NCBI GenBank assembly: GCA_017985935.1
Contig: JAGNWT010000001.1
Location: forward strand, 32,871-96,870
Source: Anaerolineales bacterium
GTDB taxonomy: Bacteria; Chloroflexota; Anaerolineae; Anaerolineales; Villigracilaceae
DNA: 64,000 bases
Reading direction: 5' to 3'
In this document: positions 37,092 to 46,512 of the stretch, in pieces
How positions within the stretch are numbered: the stretch's first letter is position 1
How the letters are laid out: the number at the start of each line of letters is the position of its first letter
Translations under genes and position numbers: made by a program
Notes under the pieces: model-generated
The model's input: the letters and a program-made list of their open reading frames with translations, nothing else
The model's database searches: none
Told to the model about the DNA's origin: nothing

Positions 37092-37293
37092 GATGATGAA
37101 TACCAGGTCTCCAAGGTCCGAATCAAAAAATATGTTCGCCGATTAACGGCAATAATCCATAATCATTATACAAGGCTATCTAAATTCGAGAAAAAAACTT
37201 GCATAAATTTCGTATAAAAAACACATTAGGAACGGATTTGGGTGGTTCGGGGAAAATCCCGGTTTTTATGATTTCAACAGGGCGCGAACAAAC

Positions 37294-37328
37294 AACAGGC
37301 TTGACCAGTGGGTCAAGCCTGTTGTTTT
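37294..37328 (-). terminator. Hairpin/terminator after the pilin-like gene
   Basis: AACAGGCTTGACC-agtg-GGTCAAGCCTGTT. Confidence 0.65.
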
Positions 37329-37357
37329 GAAGGAGAGCGGAACCTCAGCCGAGAAGA

Positions 37358-37768
37358 TTACGGGTTGGCGCTGCTCGTGGCGACAATGTCAAGCTGGACC
37401 ACATTGGCTACGTCGAATGCCGCCGGGACAGCCACAGTACCGAAGGTGCAGGTGACAAGAGTTCCCGCCAGAGTCAGGACACATTCACTCGTTGTGAAGT
37501 CCTGAACGGCAGTTACGCTGATCTTCACAGTGACCGCAGCGGCAGTTCCAGTGGTCGGAGCAATATTGAAGATGATCTTATCGAGCTTGGTCGGGTTCGC
37601 CGTATTCAGATCATAAACAATGTTGCTGATCGTGTAACCAGGAACAGCGGACGCCTTGTAACCAGCAGCGCTGTCTGGGACGATGTTCGCAGCAGCAAAA
37701 GCATAGGTGCTGGCAGCGAGGACAAGTATTACGAGTACTGAAAGAAATCCCTTGAATTTTCGAGCCAT
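37358..37768 (-). CDS. Secreted pilin/TasA-like protein, putative SipW substrate
   Basis: Basic N-terminus, hydrophobic core, STYAFAA cleavage-like site; Ala/Thr/Val-rich beta body with a Cys pair; AAGGAG RBS. Confidence 0.7.
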   Translation of the reverse strand: MARKFKGFLSVLVILVLAASTYAFAAANIVPDSAAGYKASAVPGYTISNIVYDLNTANPTKLDKIIFNIAPTTGTAAAVTVKISVTAVQDFTTSECVLTLAGTLVTCTFGTVAVPAAFDVANVVQLDIVATSSANP

Positions 37769-37990
37769 TTTTTCTCCTTGCGTTGCCAGGATCGCTGGTT
37801 TCGCTATAATGATTTGAAAATGTTTGACTTACTCACTACTTTCAGTTTCGACTAACTTGACTAGAACTTAAGGCATTCTTCATTAATTCCGCATAAATAG
37901 TGCTTTCCTGCCTGCAAGGTTAAAGAGTGGATTTTTACGACCCATCACATGAATTCCTCCCGGGCAATAAACTGCTGCGCGGTTTGATAT

Positions 37991-38018
37991 TTGACAAAAC
38001 AAGCGTTTAGGATAAAAT
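37991..38018 (+). promoter_or_regulatory. Sigma70-type promoter for tRNA-Leu
   Basis: TTGACA-N16-TAAAAT. Confidence 0.7.
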
Positions 38019-38036
38019 ACAAGCCGCAATCGAAAT

Positions 38037-38120
38037 GCCGAAGTGGCGGAATTGGCAGACGCGCCACGTTCAGGGCGTGGTGAACTTACGTTCATGAGGG
38101 TTCAAGTCCCTCCTTCGGCA
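38037..38120 (+). tRNA. tRNA-Leu (anticodon CAG), CCA not encoded
   Basis: GCCGAAG/CTTCGGC acceptor stem, anticodon loop TTCAGGG, long variable arm, T loop TTCAAGT. Confidence 0.95.
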
Positions 38121-38121
38121 C

Positions 38122-38150
38122 AAGAGACCCGTTTTACGGGTCTCTTTTTT
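38122..38150 (+). terminator. Terminator after tRNA-Leu
   Basis: AAGAGACCCGT-ttt-ACGGGTCTCTTTTTT. Confidence 0.8.
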
Positions 38151-38213
38151 CATTAAAATAAAAAAGCCGGCGAATGCGGCTTTTTTAGGGGAGAATATTG
38201 GAAAGTCAAAAAA

Positions 38214-38684
38214 TTATCTGGAAGTTTTAGGTAAACGATAGGGGATTAACAAAAGAAAGCCAAGACCAATGATCGCCTGCCCGATCAGCACCCCGGCGGC
38301 TTGCAACGGTCCAAAATATGGGACATTTGGAAATGGCTGCGAACCCATGCCAAAGATATCTGCCAGCCCAGCAAAGACCGCGATCACATAGCCGGTCCAG
38401 ACCAGGCGCGACCCGATCTCTGAAATAATGGTCCGCTCCTGCCTTGCCCACAGGTCATGCAGGCTGATATAGCCCCCCAGGCAGATCAACGCCAGCCCAA
38501 AGAGAAAAACCGATATCTGCACAAAACCGACCACGAGGCTGCGATCCCAGCCGAACCAGGCAGGCTTGGCACCGATCACGAAGGTGAAAAAACCAACAAT
38601 GCTGATCACAAGCCCAATATAAATGCGGGGTGTCAGGGGTTCTTCCGTGCGAGGCAGAGGCTCTGTATTCCGGTCAATGCTCAT
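38214..38684 (-). CDS. Hypothetical membrane protein (4 TM)
   Basis: 156 aa, four hydrophobic helices; ATGA overlap with the dipeptidase. Confidence 0.7.
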   Translation of the reverse strand: MSIDRNTEPLPRTEEPLTPRIYIGLVISIVGFFTFVIGAKPAWFGWDRSLVVGFVQISVFLFGLALICLGGYISLHDLWARQERTIISEIGSRLVWTGYVIAVFAGLADIFGMGSQPFPNVPYFGPLQAAGVLIGQAIIGLGFLLLIPYRLPKTSR

Positions 38685-39772
38685 GATGAAGGTAGATTCC
38701 TTTTCAGGCGCGCAAGCCAGTTTCCGCTGAAGATATTCTCGATATCGGCATCCGAATAGCCGCGAGCACCCAATAAGGATACCAGATTTTGCAGGTCGGC
38801 GATCGTATCCATTTCAGGCGGAATGGACTGCAACCCAAAACCGCCGTCAAAATCAGAGCCAATACCTGCGTGAAGCGAGTCTCCGGCGATCTGACAAATA
38901 TGGTCAATGTGGTCGGCAAGGATGCCAAGCGGAACCTCTTCCCTCTTGCTTTTGCCCACTGCCCAGCCCACCTTGAGATAGGTATTGAAAGGAACAACAC
39001 CGATCACGCCGTCACGCTCAATGATGCCTTCGATGATGCGGTCGGAGAAGTGTCGGTTCGATTCGGAGTTTGGCAGGAGCGAGAGACAATTGCCATGCGT
39101 GCCAACGATCGGTCCGCGATAGATATCTAATGCCTCGATCGCTGATTGTTCGTCCATGTGACTGAGGTCGAGGGTGAAGTTGTAATCTGCCATCGCGGCG
39201 AGAAGTTTGCGCCCATCATCGGTCAGCGGACCCGGTTCGCGCCAGCCGCCACAATACCGAGTCCCCACCCATGCAGGACCGATCAACCGCACGCCGCGTT
39301 CGTACCATTCCTCCAATTCAGAAACCGACCGGATGCCCTCCGCGCCTTCCATGAGAACGACCATACCCACGGGGTGTCCTTCAGGGCTGGGAGTCTTCCA
39401 ATGGTCGAGGAGCGTGTTCAGGTCCCGCGCCGAACGGATGAGTCGGAATTTATCCGGCGCAGAGTCGGTCATACGGTGATAGGTCATTAATTGTTCAAAA
39501 TAGAGTGCGTGGGCTTCGTCAAATGTTTTGTAAACCTGCGCTTTGTTTGCACCGTGACCATAACGGGCGGGCGTGGCATACAAGGTTGAGAAAATGAGCG
39601 CGACTTGTCCGCGTTGATAATCGGGCCAGCCGAGGGTGGCATCCCCGTTCTCGGCAACAACGTCGCTCCCCGCTTCAAGTCTGCGAGTCTCTTCTGCAGA
39701 GCGCAAATAATCGCGCCCGTATCTGTGCATGTTAAAAGCAATATCTGCGTGTGCGTCTACAATCAGCGGCAT
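38681..39772 (-). CDS. Membrane dipeptidase (peptidase M19 family)
   Basis: IVDAHAD, LMEGAE, DLSH, GTHGN, GIGSDFDG. Confidence 0.9.
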   Translation of the reverse strand: MPLIVDAHADIAFNMHRYGRDYLRSAEETRRLEAGSDVVAENGDATLGWPDYQRGQVALIFSTLYATPARYGHGANKAQVYKTFDEAHALYFEQLMTYHRMTDSAPDKFRLIRSARDLNTLLDHWKTPSPEGHPVGMVVLMEGAEGIRSVSELEEWYERGVRLIGPAWVGTRYCGGWREPGPLTDDGRKLLAAMADYNFTLDLSHMDEQSAIEALDIYRGPIVGTHGNCLSLLPNSESNRHFSDRIIEGIIERDGVIGVVPFNTYLKVGWAVGKSKREEVPLGILADHIDHICQIAGDSLHAGIGSDFDGGFGLQSIPPEMDTIADLQNLVSLLGARGYSDADIENIFSGNWLARLKRNLPSS

Positions 39773-39816
39773 ATGGATTATCGAAGAGCGCACCTTTCGG
39801 TGCGCTCTCTGTCTTT

Positions 39817-41040
39817 TTATTCTTTGGTTTCTTCTTCGTCTTGGTCGTGGAATTCCTGCGTGAGCATCTTGAAGTCTTTGTCGGCGAAGGCTGCTGAGTC
39901 CACCTTGCGGAGACTGAGCCCCACCCGATGCTGGTCGCCGTCGATGCGGATGACGCGCAGGGTCTTGGTCTCGCCTTCCTTGAGCACTTCCTTCGGATGC
40001 TCAACGCGGTTCTCGCTCAGCTCAGAGATGTGAATCAAACCTTCGATATCACCTTCGAGGCGGGCGAACGCGCCAAACTTGGTCAGTCGGGTAATGGTGC
40101 CTTCCACCAATTGACCGACACTGAACTTCTCAACGCGGCTCTTCCAAGGATCATCCTGCAGAGCGCGCATGGAAAGTCCGATGCGTTTCTTCTCACGGTC
40201 AATGTTAATGACCTTGACTTTGACTTCCTGACCAACTTCGAGCATATCCTTGGGATGCGCGAGGCGGTCCCATGAAAGCTCGGAAAGGTGGACAAGTCCA
40301 TCAGCGCCATTGATGTTGACGAACGCGCCAAAATCAGCGAGGCTGGTGACGCGGCCGGTATAGGTCTTGCCTTCTTCCAGTTCACCGATCACACGATCTT
40401 TCATCGAAGCGCGGGACTCATTGTTGGTCGAGCGTTCGGTGAGGATCAAGCGGCGGCGTTCACGGTCCACTTCGATGATGCGGACGGAGATCGGCTGACC
40501 AACCATTTTCTGCCAGCGCTGCTCAGGTGTATCACCCGAGGACTGCGCGCGGCGGCCGGCGCTGATCTGGGAGGACGGCACAAAGCCGCGCAGATTTCCA
40601 ATCGCAACAATCAAACCGCCTTTATTGAAACCAATGATCTTGGTATCCATAACGGTTTCATCGGCAATCATCTTCTCAACATTTTCCCAGGACATCTCTT
40701 CCTGAGCACGTTTGAACGACAACACAACATTGCCGTTCTGATCTTCGGGGTTGAGAACGAAAACGTTCACTTCCTGACCCACTTGAAGAGCAGCACGTTC
40801 TTCAGCACTAAGCTGTTCCAACTCGCGGCCGGAAACAACACCTTCCGACTTCGCGCCAATGCTGATGAGAATTTGGCTTGCGCCAATACTTGCGATCATA
40901 CCTTTGCGGATCTCGCCCACTTGAGGCAATTCAACGCTTAGCGACTCTGATGCAAGCAACGACTCCATTGTCTGATTGTTCGGGGTTTCTCCCTGGGCAT
41001 ACTCTGCCCCTTGCCCGTTCTGGGCTTCTTGTTCGTCCAT
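39817..41040 (-). CDS. rpsA: 30S ribosomal protein S1 (four S1 domains)
   Basis: Repeated S1 motifs (FGAFV...DGLVHLSELSW; FGAFARL..EGLIHISELS); GGAG RBS before ATG 41040. Confidence 0.9.
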   Translation of the reverse strand: MDEQEAQNGQGAEYAQGETPNNQTMESLLASESLSVELPQVGEIRKGMIASIGASQILISIGAKSEGVVSGRELEQLSAEERAALQVGQEVNVFVLNPEDQNGNVVLSFKRAQEEMSWENVEKMIADETVMDTKIIGFNKGGLIVAIGNLRGFVPSSQISAGRRAQSSGDTPEQRWQKMVGQPISVRIIEVDRERRRLILTERSTNNESRASMKDRVIGELEEGKTYTGRVTSLADFGAFVNINGADGLVHLSELSWDRLAHPKDMLEVGQEVKVKVINIDREKKRIGLSMRALQDDPWKSRVEKFSVGQLVEGTITRLTKFGAFARLEGDIEGLIHISELSENRVEHPKEVLKEGETKTLRVIRIDGDQHRVGLSLRKVDSAAFADKDFKMLTQEFHDQDEEETKE

Positions 41041-41191
41041 CACTGGTGGCTCCAATTAACTGAAATGTAGATTGGATTATACAAGTGAAATGGGAAGTTG
41101 GCAACCCTGATATACAACAGATTCCTTTAATTGAAGCAAAGTCATCTTGAAACTGGAAACATCCGTTATAATCACGCTTCGGAGTAAACAA

Positions 41192-42292
41192 ATGCCAGCC
41201 ATCTTTCCCTTTACAGCCATCGTAGGACAGGAGCGCATGAAACGCGCTCTCATTCTCAACGCCGTCGATACCCGCATCGGCGGAGTGTTGATCCGCGGCG
41301 AACGCGGTACAGCCAAATCGACCGCTGCGCGTTCACTCGCCGCACTTCTGCCGCACGTCAAGATCGTGCAGGACTGCCGCTTCGGATGCGACCCTGAAAA
41401 ATCCAGCACATGGTGTACCGAATGCAAGGAACGCTACGCCGCCGCGAAAAAACTTCCCACCGCGGAGCGCGCCACACCGTTCATCAACCTCCCCGTTTCC
41501 GCCACCGAAGACCGCGTGGTCGGAACGCTTGACATCGAGAAAGCCATTCAAAAAGGCGAACGCCATTTTGAACCCGGTGTGCTCGCCAGTGCCAACCGCG
41601 GGTTGCTCTACATCGACGAAGTGAATTTGTTGGACGATCACGTGGTGGATATCCTTTTGGATTCTGCGGCGATGGGCGTGAACACGGTCGAACGTGAAGG
41701 CATTTCCTTTGCCCACCCGGCGCGTTTCATCCTCGTTGGAACGATGAATCCTGAAGAAGGAGATCTCCGCCCCCAATTGCTGGATCGCTTCGCCCTCTCG
41801 GTTGAGATCGTCGGCATCCGTGATGCACGCGAACGCGTCACCATCATGGAACGCAACATCTCATACGAAAGAGACGCCGACGCCTTCCGAAAGAACTGGC
41901 TTCCCAAGGAAGATGAGCTCTCCGCCAAGATCGCCCGCGGACGTGAGCTCGTGGACCAGGTCACCCACACCAGCCGCGACCTGCTCTCCATCGCCGCATT
42001 GACCTCCTCCCTCAACGTGGACGGTCACCGCGCAGACCTTGTGATCCTCAAAGCCGCGCGCGCTGAAGCCGCCTTTGAAGGACGCACCAAGATCAACGAT
42101 CACGATATCGCTCTTGCCGCAGAGCTTGCTCTGCCGCATCGCATCAAACGCACGCCTTTCCAACAGGCCGAGATGACCGCCGAGCAACTGCAGGAACGCA
42201 TCGAGCAGCTCGCGGGTCAATCGGTCCCGAGCGAAGCTGACGATGAATCCGAAAGCAAGCAGGATGGCGAAGGCGAGGAAAAAAAAACTTAA
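41192..42292 (+). CDS. Mg/Co chelatase subunit I-like AAA+ ATPase (0-frame product of a frameshifted chlD)
   Basis: FPFTAIVGQ, GERGTAKST, LYIDEVNLLDDH, NPEEG.LRPQLLDRF; stops at TAA directly after an A9 run. Confidence 0.9.
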   Translation: MPAIFPFTAIVGQERMKRALILNAVDTRIGGVLIRGERGTAKSTAARSLAALLPHVKIVQDCRFGCDPEKSSTWCTECKERYAAAKKLPTAERATPFINLPVSATEDRVVGTLDIEKAIQKGERHFEPGVLASANRGLLYIDEVNLLDDHVVDILLDSAAMGVNTVEREGISFAHPARFILVGTMNPEEGDLRPQLLDRFALSVEIVGIRDARERVTIMERNISYERDADAFRKNWLPKEDELSAKIARGRELVDQVTHTSRDLLSIAALTSSLNVDGHRADLVILKAARAEAAFEGRTKINDHDIALAAELALPHRIKRTPFQQAEMTAEQLQERIEQLAGQSVPSEADDESESKQDGEGEEKKT

Positions 42293-43254
42293 AGCTCGAA
42301 GATGAACAGCAGGAAGGTCCCCAGCAGGGAAATCCCGAGCCCATGGAACAGCAGGAAGTTTTCGCAAGCACGAATGCGAACTGGTGGGACGGCGGACAAA
42401 AAGTAAAAGCTGGTGAGACCTTCCAGCCTCGTAAACTTAATACCCCTCTCGATAAATTAACCCGCAAGCAGGCCGGTCGTCGTTCGCTCACCAAAACAGA
42501 GCGCAAACACGGACGGTATATCAAAGCGCGTCCCGCCGGCGATAAATTGAACGACATCGCTTTCGATGCCACGTTCCGCGCTGCCGCGCCTTTCCAAAAT
42601 CAACGCACAGAAGAACGCAAAACCTTGGCCTTCTCCATTAAACGCAGCGACCTTCAACGCAAGGTGCGTGTGAAGCGCGTTGCGAATCTGGTTTTGTTCC
42701 TTGTGGATGCTTCATGGTCGATGGCGGTTGCCGAGCGCATGAATGCCACGAAAGGTGCGATCCTTTCGCTGCTGACCGATGCATATCAACGCCGCGACCG
42801 CGTCGGCTTGATCGTCTTCCAAAAAGACCGCGCCACGCTGGTACTCTCCCCCACCAACTCAGTTCAACTGGCACAGCGCGCATTGATGGATATTCCCGTC
42901 GGTGGCAAGACCCCGCTTTCGGCAGGGTTGTTCATGGCGCACGATGTGCTCACGCATGAAAAGCACACCCACCCCGATGTGGAACCGTTGCTCATCGTGC
43001 TGACCGATGGTGCGGGCAATGTCTCGATCGGGACTTTACCGCCGCAGGAAGAGTCCTACAAATTCGCAGAGTTGATCGCGGGCGAAAAGACTCGCTCGGT
43101 CGTCATCAACATGGAGCACGCCGCCTTCGACCAGGGACTTGCCCAGCAACTCGCCGACCACCTCAAAGCGCCGTGTTATTCCCTGAGCGACTTGAAAGCC
43201 GAGAGCTTGTACGCCACAGTTAGAGATGAGATGGCAAAGCCTGTCAAGAAATAA
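41192..43254 (+). CDS. chlD: Full-length chelatase subunit D (AAA+, acidic linker, vWA) via a -1 frameshift at A9 (42279-42287)
   Basis: The -1 frame is open from the A run (..KNLKLEDEQQEGPQQGNPEPMEQQ..) into the 42343-43254 ORF with MIDAS motif DASWSM. Predicted about 687 aa. Confidence 0.75.
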
Positions 43255-43257
43255 ATA

Positions 43258-43294
43258 AAAAGACCTCCGGGCAAAGATGCTCGGAGGTCTTTTT
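43258..43294. terminator. Bidirectional terminator
   Basis: AAAAGACCTCCG...CGGAGGTCTTTT between convergent genes. Confidence 0.7.
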
Positions 43295-43305
43295 ATTTTA
43301 AGTTC

Positions 43306-44721
43306 CTATGAATCAAACCCCAATCCAAGGGCATCCAAAGTCTTCAACCAAAGATTTCTCTTCCCGCCGTTCTCATCTGCGCGATTGAGAGACCAGCGTG
43401 TAAAGTTGATGATCGGCGAGCGGAACGGTTCTGGCGGAAACGGGAAGGGTTTCGACTTTACCATTTGCAACTCAGTGCGCTCGGTCTTTTTTCCTTCGAG
43501 CAGATCCAACATCACTTGCGCACCAAAGCGGGACGCGCCCACTCCAAGACCGGTGTAACCCAAGGCATATGCCACTTTGCCGCCGTAGGCTTGTCCCCAA
43601 AAAGCGGTGTAACGCGAGCAGGTGTCGATCACGCCGCCCCAGGCATGGGTGAAACGCAGACCTTTCAGCGTGGGGAATGTTTGGAAGAAGTGCTCAGCCA
43701 ATCGGGCGAAAGACTCGGGGCGATTCTCCAGATGCGGAGCCACCCCATTATTGGAAAAATAGATCGCGTCGAATCCGCCCCAGAGGATCCGTCCATCTGC
43801 CGTGGTGCGATAGTAATGAAATTGATTGCCATAATCGCCGATGCCCTCGCGTCCGTGCCAGCCGATGGACGCCCGCTGTTCCGCAAAAAGCGGCTCGGTC
43901 ATCAGTACGTAATCATAAACAGGCACAACATAGAACGAGAGACGTTTCAGCAAAGGCGGGAATGCGTTCGTGGCGAGCGCAACTTTTTTAGACTCGACTT
44001 GACCATAGCTTGTTTTGACAATGACTGATGAGCGCTTCTCTTCGAGACCTGTCACCTGCGTGCCTTCGAACAAGCGGACTCCAAGCTCCAGGCAGGCACG
44101 CCTCAGTCCCCACGCCAACTGCGCGGGGTTGACCATCGCCACAGACGGGTCAAAGACCGCCGCGATGTAGGTCGGCGAATGGACTCGCGCGCGAGTCTGC
44201 TCTGCATCCAGAAACTGGATCTGCTCGCCATATTTGGCGGAGTGCTCGGCTTCTTCGCGCAATTCTTCGATCTGATATTCCTCGTTGGCAACAACCAGTT
44301 CACCCGAGCGGATGAAATCACAATCGATCTTGAATTGTTTGATGGTGTCTTCGATGCCGTCCAGATTCTTGTGCCCCATCTCCACCAGTTTGGACATTTC
44401 CTTCGGCCAGCGGTTCAATCCATTCTGGAAGGAGTGGGTCAGCGAGGAGGCGCAAAATCCGCCGTTGCGCCCACTGGCACCGCTGCCCACCTCTCCCCCT
44501 TCGAGCAAAACCACATCACACTCGGGGTCGGCCTGTTTCGCCATCAACGCCGTCCACAAGCCGGTAAACCCTGCGCCGATCACCACCAGATCAGCCGTGA
44601 TGTTTTCAGTCAACGCAGAAGCAGGCACAGGCTTGTTCGGGTCATCCAACCAGAACGGCATGTGCTTCACATCCGCAAGAGACCGCAAGGTCTCAGGGCG
44701 CGGAGTGTTCGAGAAAATCAT
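43306..44721 (-). CDS. FAD-dependent oxidoreductase (DAO/PuuB-like amine oxidase family)
   Basis: VIGAGFTGLWTA, GASGRNGG, GYTGLGVG. Confidence 0.85.
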   Translation of the reverse strand: MIFSNTPRPETLRSLADVKHMPFWLDDPNKPVPASALTENITADLVVIGAGFTGLWTALMAKQADPECDVVLLEGGEVGSGASGRNGGFCASSLTHSFQNGLNRWPKEMSKLVEMGHKNLDGIEDTIKQFKIDCDFIRSGELVVANEEYQIEELREEAEHSAKYGEQIQFLDAEQTRARVHSPTYIAAVFDPSVAMVNPAQLAWGLRRACLELGVRLFEGTQVTGLEEKRSSVIVKTSYGQVESKKVALATNAFPPLLKRLSFYVVPVYDYVLMTEPLFAEQRASIGWHGREGIGDYGNQFHYYRTTADGRILWGGFDAIYFSNNGVAPHLENRPESFARLAEHFFQTFPTLKGLRFTHAWGGVIDTCSRYTAFWGQAYGGKVAYALGYTGLGVGASRFGAQVMLDLLEGKKTERTELQMVKSKPFPFPPEPFRSPIINFTRWSLNRADENGGKRNLWLKTLDALGLGFDS

Positions 44722-44904
44722 AAAGTCTCCAGTTTCGCGGCCTGCCCGCCTTCAAGCGAACAGGTTCATAGATTTTTGCAAGTGTAACGGGAAAGCAGCA
44801 GGCTGGTCAAACCTATTCTTCCGAAAACAGCAGGCTTTCAAACTCTTGACATTTTTAGAACATGCGTTCTATAATAGAAATTAATTACTCGACAGGAGGT
44901 CGAA

Positions 44905-45753
44905 ATGTCCAATTTGCGTAATCCAATGATCGACGGTTTGAAAACGCTCTGGTACAGACTCACCCACAATCTCAAATTCAACCGGGGAGCCACCTGGGGA
45001 ATGATGATCATCGGCGCTTTGCTCGCCTTTGAGGTCTTCAACTTCAGCACCACCCAATTTGCCTTGCACGACATGCTCGGCGACCTGACCTTCGCGGGCA
45101 TGCGTTGGGCGACCATCCTCGCCATCGCTTTCTGCGGCATTGACTTTGCCGGTATTGCACGCATCTTCACCCCCGAGCAGGGACGTGACGAACCCGCAGA
45201 AGTTTATTATCTCTTTGGCGCATGGCTGTTGGCGGCAGGTTTCAATGCCACTCTCACCTGGTGGGGCGTGTCTGTTGCCATCTCCAACAACCCCAACCTG
45301 CAATCCAGCGCGGTGATGAGCGCAGCTACACTCGGCAAGGCTGTTCCGATCTTTATCGCAGCGATGGTCTGGCTGGTGCGCTTACTGATCATCGGCACAT
45401 TCTCGCTCGCCGGCGACCGTCTCTTCACAACCGATGAACACCGCCAGTCACAATACAAGCCGCAATATCAGCAAACTCAAAAATACAACTCGCAACAACA
45501 GCAGCGCACCAGCACTTCAAGCTATCAAAATCAACGCCCGGTCAATCAGCCTGTCAACCAGCCTGTCTTGCGTCCTGCGTCACAGATCGCGCGCCCGGCA
45601 AATAACATCAACACGAACAACTCAGCCACCTTCCGCCCTGCGCCCAAACCGGCAACCACCCAGCAAAGCTCGTTCATCCCGCCGGAACCAACCTATCACC
45701 CAGTCACTTACAACGCCCGCAACTCAGACAGCACCAGTCACTACGACGCATAA
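44905..45753 (+). CDS. Hypothetical multi-pass membrane protein with a Gln/Asn/Pro-rich C-terminal tail
   Basis: Four hydrophobic helices, then a low-complexity tail; GGAGG RBS. Confidence 0.75.
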   Translation: MSNLRNPMIDGLKTLWYRLTHNLKFNRGATWGMMIIGALLAFEVFNFSTTQFALHDMLGDLTFAGMRWATILAIAFCGIDFAGIARIFTPEQGRDEPAEVYYLFGAWLLAAGFNATLTWWGVSVAISNNPNLQSSAVMSAATLGKAVPIFIAAMVWLVRLLIIGTFSLAGDRLFTTDEHRQSQYKPQYQQTQKYNSQQQQRTSTSSYQNQRPVNQPVNQPVLRPASQIARPANNINTNNSATFRPAPKPATTQQSSFIPPEPTYHPVTYNARNSDSTSHYDA

Positions 45754-45818
45754 TAAAATTTAATACAACATCATTCGAGCCGGGTCCCTTATAGACCCAG
45801 AATGGAGAGACCTAACGC

Positions 45819-46499
45819 ATGTCCCGCGCTCGTCCTAAAAAAATTTACAGGCAGACAGCCGCGACCCCGCAAGAACAAGGGAGCGGCTGTTTGTCTGGTT
45901 TCGCCCTGGTACCACTGACAGTGATCGCCATCAGCATTGCACTGGGGTCTTTCGCGTGGGGGAAAAATCCATCCAAGGCGGATTTGCCGCCCGCCGCTTC
46001 GAACAGCATTTCTCCCATCTTTAGGATCGAAGTGCAATACTGGCGCGATTCCATCTCAAGGTGGGCGGCCGCATCTCAACTGGACCCGAACCTGGTGGCC
46101 ACCATCATGCAGATCGAATCCTGTGGAGATCCCCGCGCCCGATCGAGCGCGGGTGCAATGGGATTGTTCCAGGTGATGCCTTTTCATTTCCATCTGGTGG
46201 ATGATCCCTACAACCCGGATGTCAACGCAGCCCGTGGGTTGAGCTATCTTGCAAAGTCCCTTGAAACCAGCGGAGGGAATCCGCGCCTTGCAATGGCTGG
46301 CTACAATGGCGGCATCGGTTTGATCGGGCTTGCAGAGTGGAATTGGCCTGCGGAAACGAAAAGATACGTCCAGTATGGCGCGCCCATCTTTGAAGATGCG
46401 CAAAGCGGGCTGACCACCAGCGCGGCATTGAACGAATGGTATGAAAACTACGGGGTGAGTTTATGCCTGCAGGCGAGTCGAAGACTGAACCTGCCCTGA
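45819..46499 (+). CDS. Lytic transglycosylase (SLT domain)
   Basis: IMQIES catalytic Glu, GAMGLFQVMP, AGYNGG. Confidence 0.88.
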   Translation: MSRARPKKIYRQTAATPQEQGSGCLSGFALVPLTVIAISIALGSFAWGKNPSKADLPPAASNSISPIFRIEVQYWRDSISRWAAASQLDPNLVATIMQIESCGDPRARSSAGAMGLFQVMPFHFHLVDDPYNPDVNAARGLSYLAKSLETSGGNPRLAMAGYNGGIGLIGLAEWNWPAETKRYVQYGAPIFEDAQSGLTTSAALNEWYENYGVSLCLQASRRLNLP

Positions 46500-46512
46500 G
46501 CGATCAGCAGCG

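Noticed and set aside
37769-37990. c-di-GMP riboswitch upstream of the pilin-like gene
   Set aside because: GAAA-containing segments are present, but I could not assemble the GEMM consensus; an Infernal scan would settle it.
34000-38150. Genomic island at tRNA-Leu (or at tRNA-Glu, 20647-20722)
   Set aside because: The accessory genes lie 5' of tRNA-Leu; no duplicated tRNA 3' end or integrase was seen.
41192-43254. Evidence of phototrophy from the chelatase I/D genes
   Set aside because: No bch, puf or chlH genes in the window; these subunits are widespread in non-phototrophs.
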